NCBI RefSeq assembly: GCF_009914755.1
Contig: NC_060926.1
Strand: one strand, 5' to 3'
DNA length: 64,000 nt
Source of the DNA: the human T2T-CHM13v2.0 reference genome, Homo sapiens
The position numbers were made by a program, and so were the translations under genes. The notes under the pieces were generated by a model, which was not told the origin of the DNA, made no database searches, and saw nothing but the letters and a program-made list of their open reading frames with translations. Shown here one piece after another: positions 30,485 through 43,719 of this stretch. Numbering within the stretch: position 1 is the stretch's first letter; every line of letters starts with the position of its first letter.

Positions 30485-31991
30485 GATCCTGTGAATTACA
30501 ATATTTATTTGAAAAGAAGAGAAAGGACTGTAAAATCTTTGAGCTTATTTCACTTCTGTCTTAATACACTAACCCGCTTTTAACCTACCCATTTCCTTGA
30601 ATTTCACGTACTTAGAAATTTAAGTTTTTCATTTCATAAAATTAAAAAATTACATTAGCAGGTTTCTTTTGAAATCACGTTCAGACTTTTTGTCTTATAA
30701 ATGAGAAATGAGGTCAGAGAGGTTAAAATAATTTGCCTAAGATCCCACGATTGATAAAGCTAAGACTTCCAGAGGTTTCTTGATTTTTTCCTTTATCTTA
30801 ATTTGAAATAATATCAATAACATATGCTCAAACCGTTGTTACCTGTTTTATATTTTAACCTTACACAAAACAATTTTTTCAAATTCATTTTGTAGAAAGT
30901 CTGCTGCGAATATTTTTTTTTTCATGGCTAAAGAAGTTCTTACTATAACCTTTAGATGGCACAAGTTAGCTAATCCAAGGCTTTTTTGTAGCTACAGTAA
31001 TTATAGGAGGTTAAAGAAAAGTTTATGGAAAACTGGAGCACTGAATAATAATTTAGATAAAGTAGGGATGTAATCAGCAAAATTTCCTTGCATTTAGAAT
31101 CATTCTGAATGAGATTTTATATACAAGAGGCAAATGTTTAGAAGATTTTTCGGAGGTCCTCTAATTGTGCCAATGTCAGGAATAATTAGAAATAAATTAC
31201 TCTTGGGATAGATTTTTGGGTACAAATTGGAATTGGAGAAGCTTTTCCAAAGTGGATAGAATATAAGTCTGGGAGATAGGAGGCCTCTGTTTTCCACAAG
31301 TCCCCAAATACACAGGACAAGTTCTCTCTCCGCTGGCTTATGCATGCTACTTATTGCAGCTCCTCATTTGCTAATTATTTATCTCACCTGGGTGTTCTGA
31401 AGACCTATATGACAATGACTGAAAAGCTTTTTATGTACCTCTGTAGGACAGGGCTACAGCACAATACTGTGCGCTTATTAGGGCTACAGGAATTGTTTGT
31501 AGAATTGAATTCTCCCACTTGATTTTCTTTTTCTCATTCCTGTGCCTTGGAGGAATGCGAAAAAGTAAATCCTAGGTGTTAATGAAAAATGGTATTTACC
31601 CAGTGCCTCTTATGTTGCCCCGCCCTCTTATAGATGGTGTGAGGAAATCTGCTGTTTCCTGAAATGTGGTTCGGTTCTGAAGACAATAATTAGCTAAGGA
31701 AAAAAAATCATACACAGAAGAGGCAATATAAAACCAAAACACTGAGTGATTGTATGCACAGTTAGTGCTTTTGTTGTGAGCATGAGCAAACAGTTGTCAT
31801 ATACACCAAAGAAAGCAAAAATGCATTGAATTGAGGAAGGAGATAGTAAGTGTTCCTTTGGTATTCACTTAGAATGTGCTCTTTGTCCTCACTGTGTCTA
31901 ATTTTCAAATTTCTATGATTAATGAGTGTTGGAATCTGAATTAGAGTTTGAATATGCTAACTTCCTTTTTCCTGACAATGCCTGTTTCCAG

Positions 31992-32050
31992 GTTTATGTA
32001 ACAATGCGAAGGAGGCAAAGCAAATCGATGGTGTTCCTTGGCTGTGCATG
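31992..32050 (+). CDS. Probable internal coding exon of an unidentified host gene (59 nt; xLCNNAKEAKQIDGVPWLCM)
   Basis: Branch-point-like gctaac at 31956-31961, pyrimidine tract and ttccag acceptor, ATG|gtaggt donor, retained CpGs, protein-like open frame (phase 1 in, phase 0 out), repeat-free upstream flank. Confidence 0.65.
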
Positions 32051-32064
32051 GTAGGTCCTTTCTT

Positions 32065-33955
32065 TTTTTTTTTTTTTAATTTATTTTTTTATTGATAATT
32101 CTTGGGTGTTTCTCACAGAGGGGGATTTGGCAAGGTCATGGGACAATAGTGAAGGGAAGGTCAGCAGATAAACAAGTGAACAAAGGTCTCTGGTTTTCCT
32201 AGGCAGAGGACCCTGTGGCCTTCCACAGTGTTTGTGTCCCTGATTACTTGAGATTAGGGAGTGGTGATGACTCTTAACGAGCATGCTGCCTTCAAACATC
32301 TGTTTAACAAAGCACATCTCGCACTGCCCTTAATCCATTTAACCCTGAGTGGACACAGCACATGTTTCAGAGAGCACAGGGTTGGGGGTAAGGTCACAGA
32401 TCAACAAGATCCCAAGGCAGAAGAATTTTTCTTAGTGCAGAACAAAATGAAAAGTCTCCCATGTCTACTTCTTTCTACACAGACACGGCAACCATCCGAT
32501 TTCTCAATCTTTTCCCCACCTTTCCCCCCTTTCTATTCCACAAAGCCGCCATTGTCATCCTGGCCCGTTCTCAATGAGCTGTTGGACACACCTCCCAGAC
32601 TGGGTGGTGGCCGGACAGAGGGGCCCCTCACTTCCCAGTAGGGGCGGCCGGGCACAGGCGCCCCTCACCTCCCGGACGGGGCGGCTGGCCGGGTGGGGGG
32701 CTGACCCCCCCCACCTCCCTCCCGGACGGGGAAGCTGGCCGGGCGGGGGGCTGACCCCCCCACCTCCCTCCCGGACGGGGCGGCTGGCCAGGCAGAGGGG
32801 CTCCTCACTTCCCAGTAGGGGCGGCCAGGCAGAGGCGCCCCTCACCTCCCGGACGGGGCGGCTGGCTGGGCGGGGGGGCTGACCCCCCCACCTCCCTCCC
32901 GGACGGGGCGGCTGGCTGGGCGGGGGGGCTGACCCCCCCACTTCCCTCCCGGACGGGGCGGCTGGCCGGGCGGGGGGCTGACCCCCCCCACCTCCCTCCC
33001 GGACGGGGCGGCTGGCCGGGCGGGGGGCTGACCCCCCCAACCTCCCTCCCGGACGGGGTGGCTGCCGGGCAGAGACGCTCCTCACTTCCCAGATGGGGTG
33101 GCTGCCGGGCGGAGAGGCTCCTCACTTCTCAGACGGGGCGGCTGCTGGGCGGAGGGGCTCCTCACTTCTCAGACGGGGTGGTTGCCAGGCAGAGGGTCTC
33201 CTCACTTCTCAGACGGGGCGGCCGGGCAGAGACGCTCCTCACCTCCCAGACGGGGTCGCGGCCGGGCAGAGGCGCTCCTCACATCCCAGATGGGGCGGCG
33301 GGGCAGAGGCGCTCCCCACATCTCAGACGATGGGCGGCCGGGCAGAGATGCTCCTGACTTCCTAGATGTGATGGCGGCTGGGAAGAGGCGCTCCTCACTT
33401 CCTAGATGGGATGGCGGCCGGGCGGAGACGCTCCTCACTTTCCAGACTAGGCAGCCAGGCAGAGGGGCTCCTCACATCCCAGACGATGGGCGGCCAGGCA
33501 GAGACACTCCTCACTTCCCAGACGGGGTGGTGGCCGGGCAGAGGCTGCAATCTCGGCACTTTGGGAGGCCAAGGCAGGCGGCTGGGAGGTGTAGGTTGTA
33601 GCGAGCCGAGATCACGCCACTGCACTCCAGCCTGGGCACCATTGAGCACTGAGTGAACGAGACTCCGTCTGCAATCCCGGCACCTTGGGAGGCCGAGGCT
33701 GGCGGATCACTCGCGGTTAGGGGCTGGAGACTGGCCCGGCCAACACAGCGAAACCCCGTCTCCACCAAAACCAGTCAGGCGTGGCGGCGCGTGCCTGCAA
33801 TCGCAGGCACTCGGCAGGCTGAGGCAGGAGAATCAGGCAGGGAGGTTGCAGTGAGCCGAGATGGCAGCAGTACAGTCCAGCTTCGGCTCCGCATGAGAGG
33901 GAGACCGTGGAAAGAGAGGGAGACCGTGGGGAGAGGGAGAGGGAGAGGGAGAGGG
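32065..33955 (-). mobile_element. Full-length SVA (SVA_F/E-like)
   Basis: On the minus strand: about 4 CCCTCT hexamers (33932-33955), Alu-like region (about 33540-33900), GC-rich VNTR (about 32590-33540), SINE-R, AATAAA and poly(A). TSD aggtcctttctt at 32053-32064 and 33956-33967. Confidence 0.98.
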
Positions 33956-35194
33956 AGGTCCTTTCTTATTTTGGGTGACATTCCCATCCTCAGCTCACTC
34001 CCAGAAGTCAAAGTCTTCTTGTTCTTTTCGTATAATTCCTGACAAAACCCACTCTCTCAACCTTCATAATAAGGCATATGGGTCTGATGCTGGCCTCGAC
34101 TGTTCCAGATATCCAGCAGGTTTTCAATTTTTTTTTCTCCTCTTTTCATAGGTGTTGAAGCAGGTTTTTAATTTTAACTGGTCAACTGGTCTAAACCACT
34201 TCCTAAGCCAAAGGTCTACAGATGTACTATTTTTGTAAAAATGTATGCATCATCATTATAAAAATGACATATAAATAAGTACATCCCACATTCCATCTCC
34301 TAAAGATAACCACTACAAACACTTTGGTGAAAATTCTTCCTATGTGTATATACAAGCATACATATGCACAAAAACGGGATATGAGGTGTTGCTGGTAAAA
34401 TTGAAGCCCTCTGTCAGGTAGCCTATCCTAACAACTATGTAACTTGTTTTGCCTAATAGTAAGACAGTTTGCATAAGGGTTCAGAAACTTAAAATACATT
34501 GTATTATACAATTATCTTCCGTGATTTAATGATTGTCTGTCTTAAATATTGTGAAATACAAATGGTTATTCCTGATGATTTTTATATTGGAATATAAGTT
34601 GTCAGGACTAGAAAGTTTATTCGTATTTTGGCACATATTCCTGCACAGTTGTTGGTGGAAGAGAACAGAGCACTTGCATTTTTGCCTTTAGGTCCTCACA
34701 AGGAGAAGTAGCAAAGTATGATTCCTGTTGATTGCAGGAGGGAAGAGGATTGATAGATGTTGGTTATAAGTCAGTGATGAAGTGACTGGTTCACTTCATC
34801 AGTCATGAAACATCCTGGTTCTAATCTATTAGTCCATTCATATTAGGTCTCCTAGAACAAAAGTTTGTTATCAAGGAAGATTATGGCTTCACTATACTAC
34901 TATTAAATTTCAAAACTTTATTTAAATTTTTGTATGGAAATATCCTCTGTAGGAGGTAGAATTCTGTATATCTGGTCTCTTGAATACTTTTCTCCCACTT
35001 CAAATACCTGATTGTTATTTTTGTCTTTCACGTTTAGAATTTTTCCCCTCTCTTGTCTTTATTCTAATCTAGACCCACATATTTGTTCTCCTTTTTTCAA
35101 CTCTGCAGAGTAAGAATTTTCATCTAAGTTAAACAATTAGTAATTAGTAATGTGATTAACATACTGCCCAACACTGTGAAGGTTACGAGAAGAG

Positions 35195-35430
35195 GCAGTG
35201 CTGCTTAGTGGTTTAGCACTTGGGTTTTTGACTCAGGTTGCCTAGGTTTGTACACTGGCTTTACTATTCATTAACTATGGGAACATGGGCAATTTCACCT
35301 CTGTGAAGTGAAGATGACAGTAAAAGAGGTTCCATCAAAGATCGTTGATATAATTCATTGAGATAATCTTGTAAACCACTGAGCCCAGTTCCTGGTACAT
35401 AATGAAGAGACAATAGTTGGTGTTATTTTT
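35195..35430 (+). mobile_element. MIR
   Basis: gaggcagtgctgcttagtggttt...tgagataatcttgtaaaccact...cctggtacataa. Confidence 0.65.
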
Positions 35431-37094
35431 ATTTATTATTTACTTTATTAATTATTACCAAAGGTCATTCAACATGAAGTCTGTCCTAAACAAATTTACA
35501 GTCTAGCTGAATTAATATTTATATACGAGCCACAAAGAATAGAATAAAAATAATTAAGTGATATAGATTATGATATTGGCAATAAGACCTTTAACTAAGG
35601 AGGAATTCATGGAGGATGCAGAGATTTAGCTGAGCCTTGAAAGGTAGATGGGGTTCGGGTATGCAAAAAAGGAAGGGAGACAAGATTCCCATGTGCAGAC
35701 AATGTGTATTACGGTTGGTTTTTCCTGAGCATCAAGAGACTTGGGATTCTTCCATATTTTCTAAAGAAGGTGGTTCTAGGGCCAGGTTCTGGCAAGACCA
35801 GGAACACTGTTGCTTCAGAGCCCCAGGGTTTGATGAATTTGTTCTGTGGGGATTAGTAGAGTAGATGAATGAGTAACAGAAATGGTAATTAAGCAATATG
35901 ATAGGACAGACTATGGCATAACAGCGATTAATGGGATGCCTCAGGTGAGCATAGAGGCACAAGGCAGAACTGAGAGCTCTTGGTATCCAGAGAAGTGTCA
36001 TTAATCAGCATTATCTCATGCTTGAGAGTGGTTTTATTGAATTTATAAAATAGGTACTTAAAATAACATTAAAAGCACAATTTTAAACCTGCACAATTGA
36101 TTTTAGTGAAGTACTATGCCAGAGAAAAATTTCAACCTTCCAGAGGACTGTACTCCTAGAAAAAGAAAAAGAAAGCTGTGCTCCTCAAAGCTGAAAGTAG
36201 ACCATTGACACAGTTTTGCTCTGCCAACTTTACCTTCTTAAAATTGTTCTTTTCATTGTAAACCACAGTAGAGACCAGCACAAACAGAAGTGAAATCTTG
36301 GCAGTGCTTCTTTCTGCCTCATGTGCCTTGTAATGTCTCCCAAGCTCTCAGCCAAGGTTGGCTATTTCCTCCACATCAAATTGCAAGGAAGTGTGTAAAG
36401 GAAGAGGTTCTGGACAACATGCAAGCATCTGTTGAATTTGGTACAATCTATTGCATCTACAGATCGAAGAGAAAACATGAGGTTTGGGATTTGATGGTCG
36501 GGGAAAGTGATTAGGTCTCTCACCTTGAGCCGCTATGATGGGTTCATCCCAGTAGGGATGTAGTTCAGTATCAAGCACTTTAAATCAAGGGATTATACAA
36601 GAGGTCAACATCTAGTCAGGTACAGGTTGCTAGTTGGGTACCCTGCGATTCAGAGATGAGCTTGAGTTTTGGAGAAGGCCTTTGCAAACTCAGATTGGAA
36701 ACCTAAGGGCAGGGAAAGCAACATAGTCCAGAGCTGATGGACCTGACATGCCCAGGAGAGCTTGGTGTCATGCCTAGAATACCTAGTAAGGCTTCCTCCT
36801 TCACCTACCCACTTCCATTATCAGCGCCCCACCCTCCCACCTAAACTTGGTTCCCCTAAAAGGACTCTGATACTGATTCATCAGAATTAATTAAATAAGT
36901 GGGTACCTCCTTTCTTTGTGTATTAGAAAAAAAAAGAGTTGTGACTTCATACTCAACTAAAACAAGATGAAACAACACAAAACGAAGACCATTTGCCTTT
37001 TTTTCCTGCAAAAATCCTGCTCTAGTCATATTTAGATTACTGCCTCATTAGAATTGCACATTGTTTTTTTAGCTTTAATCTTGCCTCAGCCCTG

Positions 37095-37549
37095 AGAGTA
37101 GGTTGCATGGTTATCCCCTGAAAGATAGGTCCAACTACAACATGTGAATGTGAACCTTATTTGGAAAAAAGGTTTTTGCAGATGTAATTAAGTTGAGGAT
37201 CTTAAGATGAAATCATCCTGGATTAGTATGGGCCCTAACTCCAATGACAAGTGTCCTTATAGAAGAAGAGAAGGGGAGAAGACACAGATAAGATGGAGGT
37301 CTAAAGAACAAGGCAGAGAATAGGAGTGATTGGCACTTACAAGCCAAGGAATTCCAAGGATTACCAGCAATCACTAGGAGCTAGAAGAGAAGCATGGAAT
37401 GGATTTTCCCTTGGAGCCTCCAGAAGAAATCAAATCTTGCTGATAGCTTGATGTTAAACTTGTGGCTCCAAAAACTGTGAGAGAATACATTTCTGTTATT
37501 TTAAGCCACCATGTTTGTGATCATTTCTATGGCAGCCACAGAAAATACA
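37095..37549 (+). mobile_element. MLT1C/D solo LTR
   Basis: gtgaatgtgaaccttatttggaaaaaaggtttttgcagatgtaattaag...atggcagccacagaaaataca. Confidence 0.82.
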
Positions 37550-38861
37550 ACCTTGTAGAGCCTACATCAAGGAACAGTTTTAGTTGAAGGGGCTCGGAAA
37601 CTTGCTAACTTGCTGACCTTAGTACCCAGGGATGATCTTCTACAGTTCAATCCAGATTTTGGGATTTCTGGAGTTAAGGGAGGAGAAACCTTTGACGTGG
37701 GTGGGATGGATCACTCTCCTAGTTTCATTGCAGACCATGCTATGATACTGTTCTTTTTCTGAAATGGGTGGAAGCCTTTTATTGTACAACTCATGCCAAC
37801 CAGCTTGGTATGATACTTGACAAATTAAATGAGTTTAAATGCTTTAATGGACAGCTAAAATACCATCTTAAAATGTAAAGTTGTTAACCATCTGCTAAAA
37901 AGTACAATTCTGAGAACCACAGATAAGTACCCTGAGCTCTGGTTTCACTAATTTAATCATTAAATATACAATGAGCACATTCACGTTCTCTGTCTTTCTG
38001 GGATTTACATTCTGTGAAGTCACTGGATTCAGAACAATAGACTTCATTTGACTTGGTTTACTCTTTCTTTGTTCCTCTCAGTTGATATAAAGATCCAGAC
38101 TTGCAAAATGGATAAGAAAGAGGATGATGATTTGCTTTACACAAGGATCCTTTGCTTTATAAAAGAATTAAATGTATGGTTCATCCATTCAGCAAGTATT
38201 TATTGAGAATCTGTGTGGCAGGTGCAGTTCCATATCCTGAGGATACAGGAATGAACAAGGCACAGTTCCTATCCTCATGGAGCTTACTTTCTAATAGGAA
38301 AGACAGGTGCTGAGCAGATAAACAGTCATATAAATTAATAAACATACTATGATATCAGACAATATTATGTAATATGAAGAGGTTCCTCCTCCCCCAATGC
38401 CAAGACATATTTTGAAGGGAATTTTTTTTTTATCTTTTCTGATTATTTTTTAACAAACCTTGGTTTTTCAGAAGGCAACAGTCTCCTAGTTGGTCTCCTA
38501 GTTTCTACTCTTGAACCACCTCAAATCTGTTCTTCATCCAGCAGCCATAAACAAGGTGATGTCCCCTCACATCCCCTGTTTTGTCCTTCACTTAGAAAGG
38601 AATCCAAATTTCTACAAGGTCTTGTGCTATCTGTCCCCCACATACCTCTACGCTTGTTTCTTGCCACTGGCCCTATGGTCACTTGTTCAGCCGCATTTGT
38701 CTTTCCCTCAGTTCCTTCAGGACACACATGTAGCCTCCTCTGCTTTTCATGTTTTTCACTCCTCTCCCCCTTCAATAGGTCGTTCTTGCTATCCCCCATC
38801 ACATAAATCTGTCACAGCATCTATCACAGATTGGAAATGTACACACACACACACATTTGCA

Positions 38862-39396
38862 CACTAGTTCTCCCTTTTTGGTGGTTTTGCTTTCTGTGGT
38901 TTCAGTTACCTGCAGTCAACTGTGGTCTGAAAATATTAAATGGGAAATTCCAGAAATAAACTGTTCACAAGTTTTACATTGTGTGCCATTTTGAGTAGTA
39001 TGATAAAATCTCTCGCCATCCTGCTCCAACCTCCTTGGAATGTGAATCATCCTTTCGTCCAGCGGATCTACGCTGTCTGCATTCCTCATCTGTTAGTCAC
39101 TTAGTAGCCATCTAGGTAATCAGATTGGCAGATCATAAGAAGAAGGGTAAGTATAGTACAATACGATATTTGAGAGGGAAAGACAGACAGAGACTACATT
39201 TACATTACTTGTGTTATGGTATATTGTTCTAGTTGTTCTATTTGATTATTAGTTATTGTTGTTAACTCTTACTGTGCCTTATTTATAAATTAAACTGTAT
39301 CATAGATATGTACATACAGGAAAAAAACCCATAGTATCTCTAGGGTTCAGTACTATCTGTGGTTTTAGGCATTCACAGGAGGTCCTGGGACTACTG
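38862..39396. mobile_element. MER44B-like (Tigger7-derived) MITE inside an L2 (about 38470-39545)
   Basis: ggtttcagttacctgcagtcaactgtggtctgaaaata...gggactactg terminus. Confidence 0.75.
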
Positions 39397-41084
39397 TCTA
39401 TTTATTTGCTTGGTACTTGCTCCCTGCAAGTCTTCTCATTTTACTAATCTGAAACTCCAGGAGGGGATGGGATCACAGCTGTGTACTTAGAACCTAGCCT
39501 GGCACTTGACACATAGAAACTGTAGGCAGACATTTGTTGAATGACTTAAAAAGAAAAAAAGAAAATGTGCTAATGAGTGAGGACCAAATAACTTTTAAGA
39601 AATTAATCAATTTCAAAGACCAAGTTACCTAAATTATTCTTACATTAAATTGTATTGCTTTGTAAGTTTATTATTTTCCAGTCTTTTTGTGCCTACAGTT
39701 GTAGTCTCAGAAAGGAGAAAGTTTACTGGAATCAGGTGAATTGTGGCCACAGAAATACTTTCATGTTCCTTTCCAGCACAAATTTGTTGGTTAACAAATA
39801 GAAGGAAGGCATTTAATAAATATGACTAGCTGTTGGTTGTGTATATCCTCAATGAAAGAGAAGATGCTGAGATAGTTCTTCAACATATTCTAGAAAGCAG
39901 CTCCCTAATTTGTGGGCAGTCACTTTACCAATGACCTTTTTGCACTAAAGGTTACTGTCCCCTTCTTTAACTAGGCAGTTTCATCTTCCTTCCGACTATG
40001 GAAAGCTTGGGTGCTTTTGTTAGTGCTGTTTGAGGGAGGAGGTACCCACAAAGTCAGTTCCTGTCTGTGGCAAGTTGAAGTTAGAGATCACTGTTGTTTG
40101 GTGTCCAATGGGTGACAATGCCAAAATTCAGAAATAGCTGGCAAAGTCCCTGCCTCCTAGTGGGAGCCTAGAGGCTGGTGGCTTGGTGTTCTAGCTTCAC
40201 CAAGCTAGAGTTCAGCTCCATTATACATCAAGGAGGATTTTGTGGTCTGATCTGGAAACCTAATATCCCCTCATGACATTATTTTAAAGGGAGAATGCAA
40301 CCAGAGTGCCAGATAATAAACCTTTAAGGAAATTTTTGGAACTTAATGCCTCCTTAAAATAAGACAGAGTTTCACTTTTAAAAAATTCCCTGGAGAGAAT
40401 CAGAAAACTTTTTTTTTGAATTATTGGGCAAAATCTAATACTTAGCCAAGGGCAATTGATTTTTATATTTTCTAAATTTTCTATAATGAATATATATTTT
40501 TTATTAAAATTTGTTTTTAGGAGAAAGGAAAGACATTACAAGGAAAAGGAAGGCCATTACAGGGAATATAATAACATAAATATAATAAATTATATAAGGG
40601 CCCATTGCAGTAGAGGCAAGGGTGGGAAATGTGCACACTGCAAGGAGCGACTCACATGTGATACTGAAAATCATTGGTGATGCCCTCAGCCTCAGCCTGA
40701 AAAGGTATGGACACAAATGAACAGATTAGCAACCCAGCTTACACTGATGTGGTTTCTTGAACCTCAGCAATAATCTTTCCTCTTGGAAGTGACCCACTGG
40801 ACAATGCAGAAGGTGGCCAGGGAATGTATTTGCAATCAGGCTCTGCCCTGGACTCATTTTACCCTCTTCATTTCTGTTCCGCCACTGAAGCTGCTGAGTA
40901 CAGATGCTGTCATTTTACACTAGGGGTCCTCTTTTTCCATCATCTCTTCTAGACACTCAGAGGATTAATAGTGAGTCAGATAAAATCTTTTGAGGAACCT
41001 GCTAGTTTATAAATGAAAAAGAATTAAAACTATCTCTAATAGTTTGCATTCCTACAGCACTTTATAATTATCAAGTATTTTTGA

Positions 41085-41255
41085 AATTACAAATTTAATG
41101 TACAATACATATAACATAAAAGTTACCACTTTAACCATTTTTAAGCATATAGTTCAGTAGTATGAAGTACATTCACATTGTTGGCAACCATCACCACCAT
41201 CCATCTCTAGAACTCTTATTGTCTTACCAAATTGTAACTTTGTACCCATTAAGCA
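41085..41255 (-). mobile_element. L1MB-type 3' end fragment
   Basis: taacataaaagttaccactttaaccatttttaag...cattcacattgttggcaaccatcacc. Confidence 0.7.
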
Positions 41256-41572
41256 AATCTACCAAGTGTTTTCTTACACATTATTTCATGTGCTCTTCTT
41301 GATATCCCTGAAAGTGGGAGGGAAGATATTATTAGCTCAGTAGAGCACAGTGGTTAGTGGGGCAGGCGCTGGAATAAGACTAGCTGGTTTAAACCTTGAT
41401 CATCAAGTATTGTTAACAATAGAACCTATCTTGCCAGGTTGTTGTGAGGATTACATGAGATCATTCATAAGGTGTTTAGAACATAGCTATAATCATCCCC
41501 ATTTCGCAGATAAGAAAAGTAAGACTAAGAGACCTTGAACATTTGCCAAAACTCACAGAATTAAGAAATGCT

Positions 41573-41868
41573 AGCCGGGTGTGGTGGCTCATGCCTGTAA
41601 TCCCAGCACTTTGGGAGGCTGAGGTGGGCAGATTACGAGGTCAGAAGTTGGAGACCAGCCTGGCCAACATAGTGAAACCCTGTCTCTACTAAAAATACAA
41701 AAATTAGCTGGGCCTGGGGGCGTGCGCCTGTAGTCCCAGCTACTCAGGAGGCTAAGGCAGGAGAATCACTTGAACATGGGAGGCAGAGGTTGTGCTGAGC
41801 CGAGATACCACTGCACTCCAGCCTGGGCAACAGAGCAAGACACTGTCTCAAAAAAAAAAAAAAAAAAA
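41573..41868 (+). mobile_element. AluS
   Basis: Sense dimer with A tail. Confidence 0.94.
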
Positions 41869-42388
41869 GCAAGTGGGAACCTGAATTGTGGTTGATTCAG
41901 TGTTCTTTCCTTTATACCCGTTAATAATTAATTAAGTCCCTGCTCAATACTGCCCACAGAAACACTTTTGTGTTCCTCAAAAACATGTAAAAATCTAGAT
42001 TTTAGGCTAGCAAAAGGAGGCGATTTCACTTAAATATGTTTTGTGTTTTTGACTTCAGAGTCAAGGCCTTGCAAATTTCCTTATCAACCCTGACATCCCT
42101 TGGGAGGTGCTGACAGCACTGACCTCAAGGCATGCTGTGAACCCAGGAGAGCATGAGCTGGGGATGGGGAGATTACAGGAAGGTAGATGAAGTCAAGCAG
42201 GAGTGACAGAAATTTGGTCCAGCTCCAAGCTGGTATTGGAGGGCCAAGGGGAGCCTCCTTCAGGAGGATTGGCATAGGAAATAATTTTAAATTGCAGAAT
42301 AGAAATGCTGATGGAACAAGGCAAAGCAGGCTTATGCCAGGATGAGGAATAGGGTAGGATCCAGGCCCAAGGCATAAGTTTGCAGAGA

Positions 42389-42442
42389 TGTGTGTGTGTG
42401 TGTGTATGTGTGTATGTATGTATGTATGTATGTATGTGTGTG
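42389..42442. repeat. Compound (TG)n/(TATG)n microsatellite
   Basis: Read directly. Confidence 0.93.
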
Positions 42443-42916
42443 TACCTGATCAGGTACCTGGGATATAAGGCAGGAGTCTCTCCTCACCCTCCTGCCCCTC
42501 TCTTTATACTAGTGTCTGGGGATTTGAGAAAAACAGAGGAACTTCTCCACCATTACCAGAGGCTGGGTAGAAGGGGGCAGAAAGGTGATCTGATCGCTCT
42601 CTAGTTCATAGGTTGGTGAGGATGAGAAAGAAAGGCTGCTTTTGATAGCCTTTTGAAATGCCCAAGCTTTGGCTCTGAGGCATTAGAGTTCTACCAATTA
42701 TTTCCAAATTCCTAGGGTTTAGGTATTTAAAGCTCTTGGTCAGGGATTACAGGAATGAAGTGGGGTGGTGTTTATATAGCTGAATGCTCCCTCCAGAGCT
42801 GGGATGAGGCTAGGACAGGAGAGGAGATGACACAGGTAAGACTTGCAAGGTGAGCTACATATTTCCCTACCCATGTCTCATTGTTTTCCCTCAGAAATCA
42901 TCTTCATAAACTACTT

Positions 42917-43234
42917 CTTTCTTTTTCACTTTCTTTCTTTCTTTTTTTTTTGAGAGGGTGTCTAGCTCTGTCACCCAGGCTGGAGTACAGTGGCGTGATC
43001 TCCACTCACTGCAACCTCCGCCTCCCAGGTTCAAGCAATTCTCTCTGCCTCAGCCTCTCAAGTAGCTGGGATTACAGGTGCCTGCCATCATGCCTGGCTA
43101 GTTTTTGTATTTTTAGTAAAGATGGTGTTTCTCCATGTTGGCCAGGCTTGTCTTGAACTTCTGACCTCAGGTGATCCTCTTGCCTCGGCCTGCCAAAGTT
43201 CTGGGATTACAGGCGTGAGCCACAGGGCCCGGCC
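42917..43234 (-). mobile_element. AluS
   Basis: Antisense dimer. Confidence 0.93.
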
Positions 43235-43719
43235 TACCTCCTTTTTTCTGTAGTATTAACCTGTTTTTCTCTGTGGCACATTTATTTTTGCATATAAGCA
43301 TGTTCAATATTCTCAAATAATATGAAACAAACAAAGTCAACAAAATAACCCCTCATCCTTGGCTCCCCATCTTCTTTAAAGTTGCTGTTCATTATTCTTT
43401 TCTCCTGTATGGTCACACTTCTTGAAAGAGTTGTCTCCATTTTCCAGTGCCCTTCCTCACTTCTGAGTCTCACCTCAGTCCACTATAACCTAGCCTCTCA
43501 CCTTCCCCTCCATTGAAACTGCTACTGCAAATTGCAAATGTTCTCCACAATCCCAAATTTCATGGCCATTTTTCTCTTTTTTTGATGATAATGACCGGGC
43601 TTCTGTTTTTCACTACTCTATCCTCATTACCCACTAGCACATGCCTGGCACATAGTTGGTGCTCAATAAATATTTTTTGAATTGAATTGATCTCTCTGTG
43701 GTGTGTGACACTTTACCAC

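Noticed and set aside
32640-33540. Repeat-spacer appearance resembling a CRISPR array
   Set aside because: The units are tandem SVA VNTR monomers with no unique spacers, the context is eukaryotic and there are no cas genes.
32555-34042. Many overlapping 78-176 aa Gly/Arg/Pro-rich ORFs
   Set aside because: They are read-throughs of the GC-rich SVA VNTR and Alu-like region, not genes.
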